A DNA stretch of 63,849 nucleotides, counting the filler, from an uncultured Methanosarcinales archaeon (GTDB lineage Archaea; Nanobdellota; Nanobdellia; Woesearchaeales; CAZXZL01), in assembly GCA_964645415.1 (NCBI GenBank). It is 11 parts of 11 records of this genome, joined end to end, with 100 filler letters (N's around TTAATTAATTAA, not from the genome) between each part and the next. Parts side by side here need not be neighbours in the genome. Positions count along the whole stretch, not along the records: positions 59,866 to 63,849 come from CAZXZL010000060.1; 10 more parts are not named here. One strand, given 5' to 3'. Shown piece by piece: positions 60,482 to 63,849 of this stretch; positions within the stretch are counted from its first letter, which is position 1; each line of letters opens with the position of its first letter. Below the pieces are notes generated by a model. The model did no database searches, was not told the DNA's origin, and saw nothing but the letters and a program-made list of their open reading frames with translations. The translations under genes and the position numbers were made by a program.

Positions 60482-61213
60482 TTATTCTATATGATACCTC
60501 TCCCCATTCAAAATTGTTGTCTTCAACAAACTATTCTCAACTAACTTTGGAATCAAATCTAATTCAATATCATTACCAGAATAATTCAAAACACTAGGTT
60601 TAAAATAAAAAATAGAAGAAGTATAAATCAAACTACCACTTTTCTCATCCTGAGAAAAAGAAACAACATCATCTCCATCAATAATCATCTCACCTTTCTT
60701 AGAATCATTAGAACTAGTTATAGATAAAATACTATTAACATTATGAGATTTATGAAACTCATAAAAATGATTTAAATCATAATTAAAATAAACATCACCA
60801 TAAACTAATAAAAAATCATTATCAATATCTAAATTCTTTAAAGAAGAAAAAGAACCTTTCTTTATTTTATCCTCAATAAAATCTAAATCCTTAACAAAAG
60901 AATAACCTAACTCACTAATTATCTTTTCATAAGTAGATGATGATGCAATTAATTTAATATCATTATAACCATAACTCAAAAGCATATTAACTTGTTTTTT
61001 AATTAAATACTCACCATTATATTTTACTAAACATTTTAACTTACCATCAACTAAATTATCTTCATAACTACCACCATTTAATATAACAGCAGTATTATAA
61101 GAATCAAAGTTATCTCTTAACAAATCTTCAATAAACTTACTACGATTATTACTAACTTTATTTAATTTATCTAATATTTCAGAATCTAAACTAATAGCTA
61201 TTTTCTTTTTCAT
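60482..61213 (-). CDS. ribbon-helix-helix domain fused to sugar-phosphate nucleotidyltransferase-like domain
   Basis: KKIAISLD...NRSKFIEDLL RHH; AVILNGG and FLLVYGD NTP-transferase motifs (degenerate). Confidence 0.75.
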   Translation of the reverse strand: MKKKIAISLDSEILDKLNKVSNNRSKFIEDLLRDNFDSYNTAVILNGGSYEDNLVDGKLKCLVKYNGEYLIKKQVNMLLSYGYNDIKLIASSSTYEKIISELGYSFVKDLDFIEDKIKKGSFSSLKNLDIDNDFLLVYGDVYFNYDLNHFYEFHKSHNVNSILSITSSNDSKKGEMIIDGDDVVSFSQDEKSGSLIYTSSIFYFKPSVLNYSGNDIELDLIPKLVENSLLKTTILNGERYHIE

Positions 61214-61254
61214 AATATAATAACAAAAGATTTGTATTTATAATTTATTATATC

Positions 61255-61298
61255 TAAAATTAACTAAATTTAAGAAAAAATTATAAAATTAGTTAATT
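61255..61298. repeat. 44-bp palindromic direct repeat, copy 1
   Basis: TAAAATTAACTAAATTTAAGAAAAAATTATAAAATTAGTTAATT, identical to 62454..62497. Confidence 0.9.
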
Positions 61299-62428
61299 AA
61301 ATATTCATGTAGCATCAAATGTTCAAATAATCTTTTTAATTTATTATCATCTCGTTTATCAGATAGTTTAGTTAAGTTCATATAAGTATCAAAAGCACCC
61401 ATCTTAATAACTAAAAAAGGTAAATTAAATTTTAATAACATCCAGTTAAGCACCATTCTAGTAGTTCTACTATTTCCATCAGAAAAAGGATGAATTCTCT
61501 GTAATTCATTATGAATAAATCCTAATTTTGACAAACATTCTTTCCTAGAAGAAATAGAATTAATTTCTTCAAGATAATTCTCAATAAACAAGGGAACTTT
61601 TATTGGTCTTGCAGTCTTAAATGATGGATTTCCTTGAATTCTATTATTGTTTTTCTTATAATTTCCTGCATTTCTATGATGACTAAAAAGAACTAACTCA
61701 TTTATTTTTTTAATATCATTTTCAGAAATTTCCTTATCTAAATTATTAAAAATATAATGCATAGCTTCATTAAGATTTTTAACCATCTGCACTTCTTTTT
61801 TAGGTTTATCTGGATAAATATCCTTCAAAATAATATCTCTAGTCTCTCCTTCTGTAACTGTTGAACCTTCTAATTGGGCAGAACCAGACAGAAAACTAAA
61901 AATATGTTTATCATATGGATTAATTGGATCAACATCAATATTTAAAACCTCATCAGAAATATCTAAATAATTATTCTGTATATCAATAGTTTTATCATTA
62001 AACTTTAAAACATTTTCTAATAATTCATGTCTAAGTAAAATTCCTTCTTTTGGTCTTAAATTATTTAATAAAATAAATTGATTATTTTCTAAATAATTTA
62101 ATATCTCAATATTTCTTCTATTTCCTTTCAATTTTTTTGGTCTTAAATAAGGGGTATTTTTTATTAATTCTTCAATTATTTCTGATAAGTTTTTTGAAAA
62201 AAAGATATTATAATCTAAACCATGATTTAAAGAAAATTTTATAATACTAAAAGCTAATTGAGTTTTTTTATTTTTAATAGGAATATATTTTTTATTTACT
62301 TTTTTAACCCACCCCATACTAGTTAAAGATTTTATATGCGAATAAACTTGATTTTCAAAATCTAAATCCTTAATTTTACAAGGTGATTTTTCAATTAACT
62401 TTGCAAAAACATCATATTTTGTTGGCAT
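61289..62428 (-). CDS. Fic-domain protein
   Basis: SAQLEGST and IHPFSDGNSRTTR Fic motif. Confidence 0.9.
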   Translation of the reverse strand: MPTKYDVFAKLIEKSPCKIKDLDFENQVYSHIKSLTSMGWVKKVNKKYIPIKNKKTQLAFSIIKFSLNHGLDYNIFFSKNLSEIIEELIKNTPYLRPKKLKGNRRNIEILNYLENNQFILLNNLRPKEGILLRHELLENVLKFNDKTIDIQNNYLDISDEVLNIDVDPINPYDKHIFSFLSGSAQLEGSTVTEGETRDIILKDIYPDKPKKEVQMVKNLNEAMHYIFNNLDKEISENDIKKINELVLFSHHRNAGNYKKNNNRIQGNPSFKTARPIKVPLFIENYLEEINSISSRKECLSKLGFIHNELQRIHPFSDGNSRTTRMVLNWMLLKFNLPFLVIKMGAFDTYMNLTKLSDKRDDNKLKRLFEHLMLHEYLIN

Positions 62429-62453
62429 ATTTATATTAAAAACAATTTATTTA

Positions 62454-62497
62454 TAAAATTAACTAAATTTAAGAAAAAATTATAAAATTAGTTAATT
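62454..62497. repeat. 44-bp palindromic direct repeat, copy 2
   Basis: Identical to 61255..61298. Confidence 0.9.
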
Positions 62498-62576
62498 TAA
62501 AATTCTATTTGAATAAAATTATACTCAAATAATACTCAGTAATATTTATATATTATTTATAATCATAACTAATAAG

Positions 62577-63842
62577 ATGAAAATATCTGTTATTGGAAAT
62601 GGTTATGTTGGAACGACTTTAGCAATTGGTTTAAGTCATATAGGTCATGATGTGATAGGTTATGATAAAAAAGAAAATCTAGTCAAAGAATTAAATTCTG
62701 GAAATCTTCCAATTTATGAAAAAAGGTTAGGAGAAATATTAAAAAAACAATTAAAAAAAAGTTTAAAATTTACAACAGATATAAAAAAAATCAAAGAAAG
62801 TGAAATTATTTTTTTAGCAGTTGGAACACCAATGGATGAAAAAACTGGAAAAGCTAACTTAAAATATATCATGAATGCATTAGAAGATATAGCTCCATAC
62901 ATAAATAATAAAGATATAATTATAACAAAATCAACAGTTCCAATTGGAACAAATGAAAAAATAAAAAATAAACTAAATAAATTAACAGATAAAAAATTCT
63001 ATGTTGCATCAAATCCTGAATTTTTAAGAGAAGGAAGTGCATGGCATGATTTTTTAAATCAAGATAGAATTGTAGTTGGAATAAATTCAAAAGAACCTAA
63101 AAAAAGAATTGATAAAATGTATTCTTATTTTAAAGATAAAACAACTATTATGTATACAGATATTAACAGTGCTGAAATGATTAAATATGCTTCAAATTCA
63201 TTTTTAGCAACATCAATTAGTTTTATTAATGAAATGTCAAGAATAGCAGAAAAATTTAATGCAAATATTGATGAAGTATCATATGGAATGAAACTTGATA
63301 AAAGAATAGGAAAATATGCTTTCCTAAAAGCAGGAATTGGCTATGGTGGAAGTTGTTTTCCAAAAGATGTGAATGCATTATATAACCAAGCAAAAAATAA
63401 CAATATTAAAACAAACTTATTAGAAAGCACATTAAAAGTAAATAAAACTCAGACAGATTTTTTTGTAGAAAAAATAGAAAAACATTTCAAAAATAAAGAG
63501 AAAGTTAATTTAGGTATATTAGGATTAGCTTTCAAAGAAGGAACTGATGATATAAGATGTTCAAAAGCTATTGAAATAATAAATAAATTATCAGATAAAT
63601 TCAACATATATGCATATGATCCTAAGGCAATTGAAAACACAAAAAAAGTATTAAAAAATATAAACTATACAACAAAAGAAAAAATAATAAAAAATTGTGA
63701 AGGTGTTGTTTTAGCTACTCCTTGGGATGAATTTAAAGATATTAACTTAGAAAAAATAGATGTTTTATTTGATGGGAAAAATTTCTTTAAGAAAAGTGAA
63801 ATAAAAAAATATAATTTAAAATATTATGCTGTTGGAAAATAA
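62577..63842 (+). CDS. ugd: UDP-glucose 6-dehydrogenase
   Basis: GNGYVG, KSTVPIGT, NPEFLREG, GYGGSCFPKD, GLAFKEGTDD. Confidence 0.95.
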   Translation: MKISVIGNGYVGTTLAIGLSHIGHDVIGYDKKENLVKELNSGNLPIYEKRLGEILKKQLKKSLKFTTDIKKIKESEIIFLAVGTPMDEKTGKANLKYIMNALEDIAPYINNKDIIITKSTVPIGTNEKIKNKLNKLTDKKFYVASNPEFLREGSAWHDFLNQDRIVVGINSKEPKKRIDKMYSYFKDKTTIMYTDINSAEMIKYASNSFLATSISFINEMSRIAEKFNANIDEVSYGMKLDKRIGKYAFLKAGIGYGGSCFPKDVNALYNQAKNNNIKTNLLESTLKVNKTQTDFFVEKIEKHFKNKEKVNLGILGLAFKEGTDDIRCSKAIEIINKLSDKFNIYAYDPKAIENTKKVLKNINYTTKEKIIKNCEGVVLATPWDEFKDINLEKIDVLFDGKNFFKKSEIKKYNLKYYAVGK

Positions 63843-63849
63843 AATTATA

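Noticed and set aside
61232..61258. TTATATCTAAA resembling one arm of an archaeal dif site
   Set aside because: The matching left arm and 6-bp spacer are poor, the sequence overlaps a probable TATA region, and chance is likely in AT-rich DNA.

Overview
The window is low-GC (roughly 25-28% by eye) archaeal DNA. Its gene content fits a DPANN archaeon, most likely Woesearchaeota-like: archaeal information genes (uS15, RpoK, TFB, aIF-2beta, EF-1beta, fibrillarin/Nop5, aCPSF1, proteasome beta, archaeal-type ProRS, Trm1, intron-containing tRNA-Met) alongside bacterial-type fermentative genes (pta-ackA, type I GAPDH), glycogen metabolism genes and S-layer genes. It is not contiguous. It consists of 11 contigs of about 4-7 kb, ordered by decreasing length and joined by 100-nt N/TTAATTAATTAA linkers, so adjacency across a linker carries no information. 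The main unexplained signals are: (1) a modular intergenic repeat family with a covarying GTGCCATAC-loop-GTATGGTAC hairpin that sits at most contig ends; (2) a promoter-linked, GC-richer structured ncRNA candidate of about 145 nt; (3) a tRNA-Met intron carrying sequence antisense to its own anticodon plus C/D-like boxes; (4) a Fic gene bracketed by identical 44-bp palindromic direct repeats; (5) a pilin gene frameshifted by an 11-bp tandem duplication; (6) a divergent Ser1 proteasome-beta-like protein. All product calls come from motif recognition by eye. No database searches were run.
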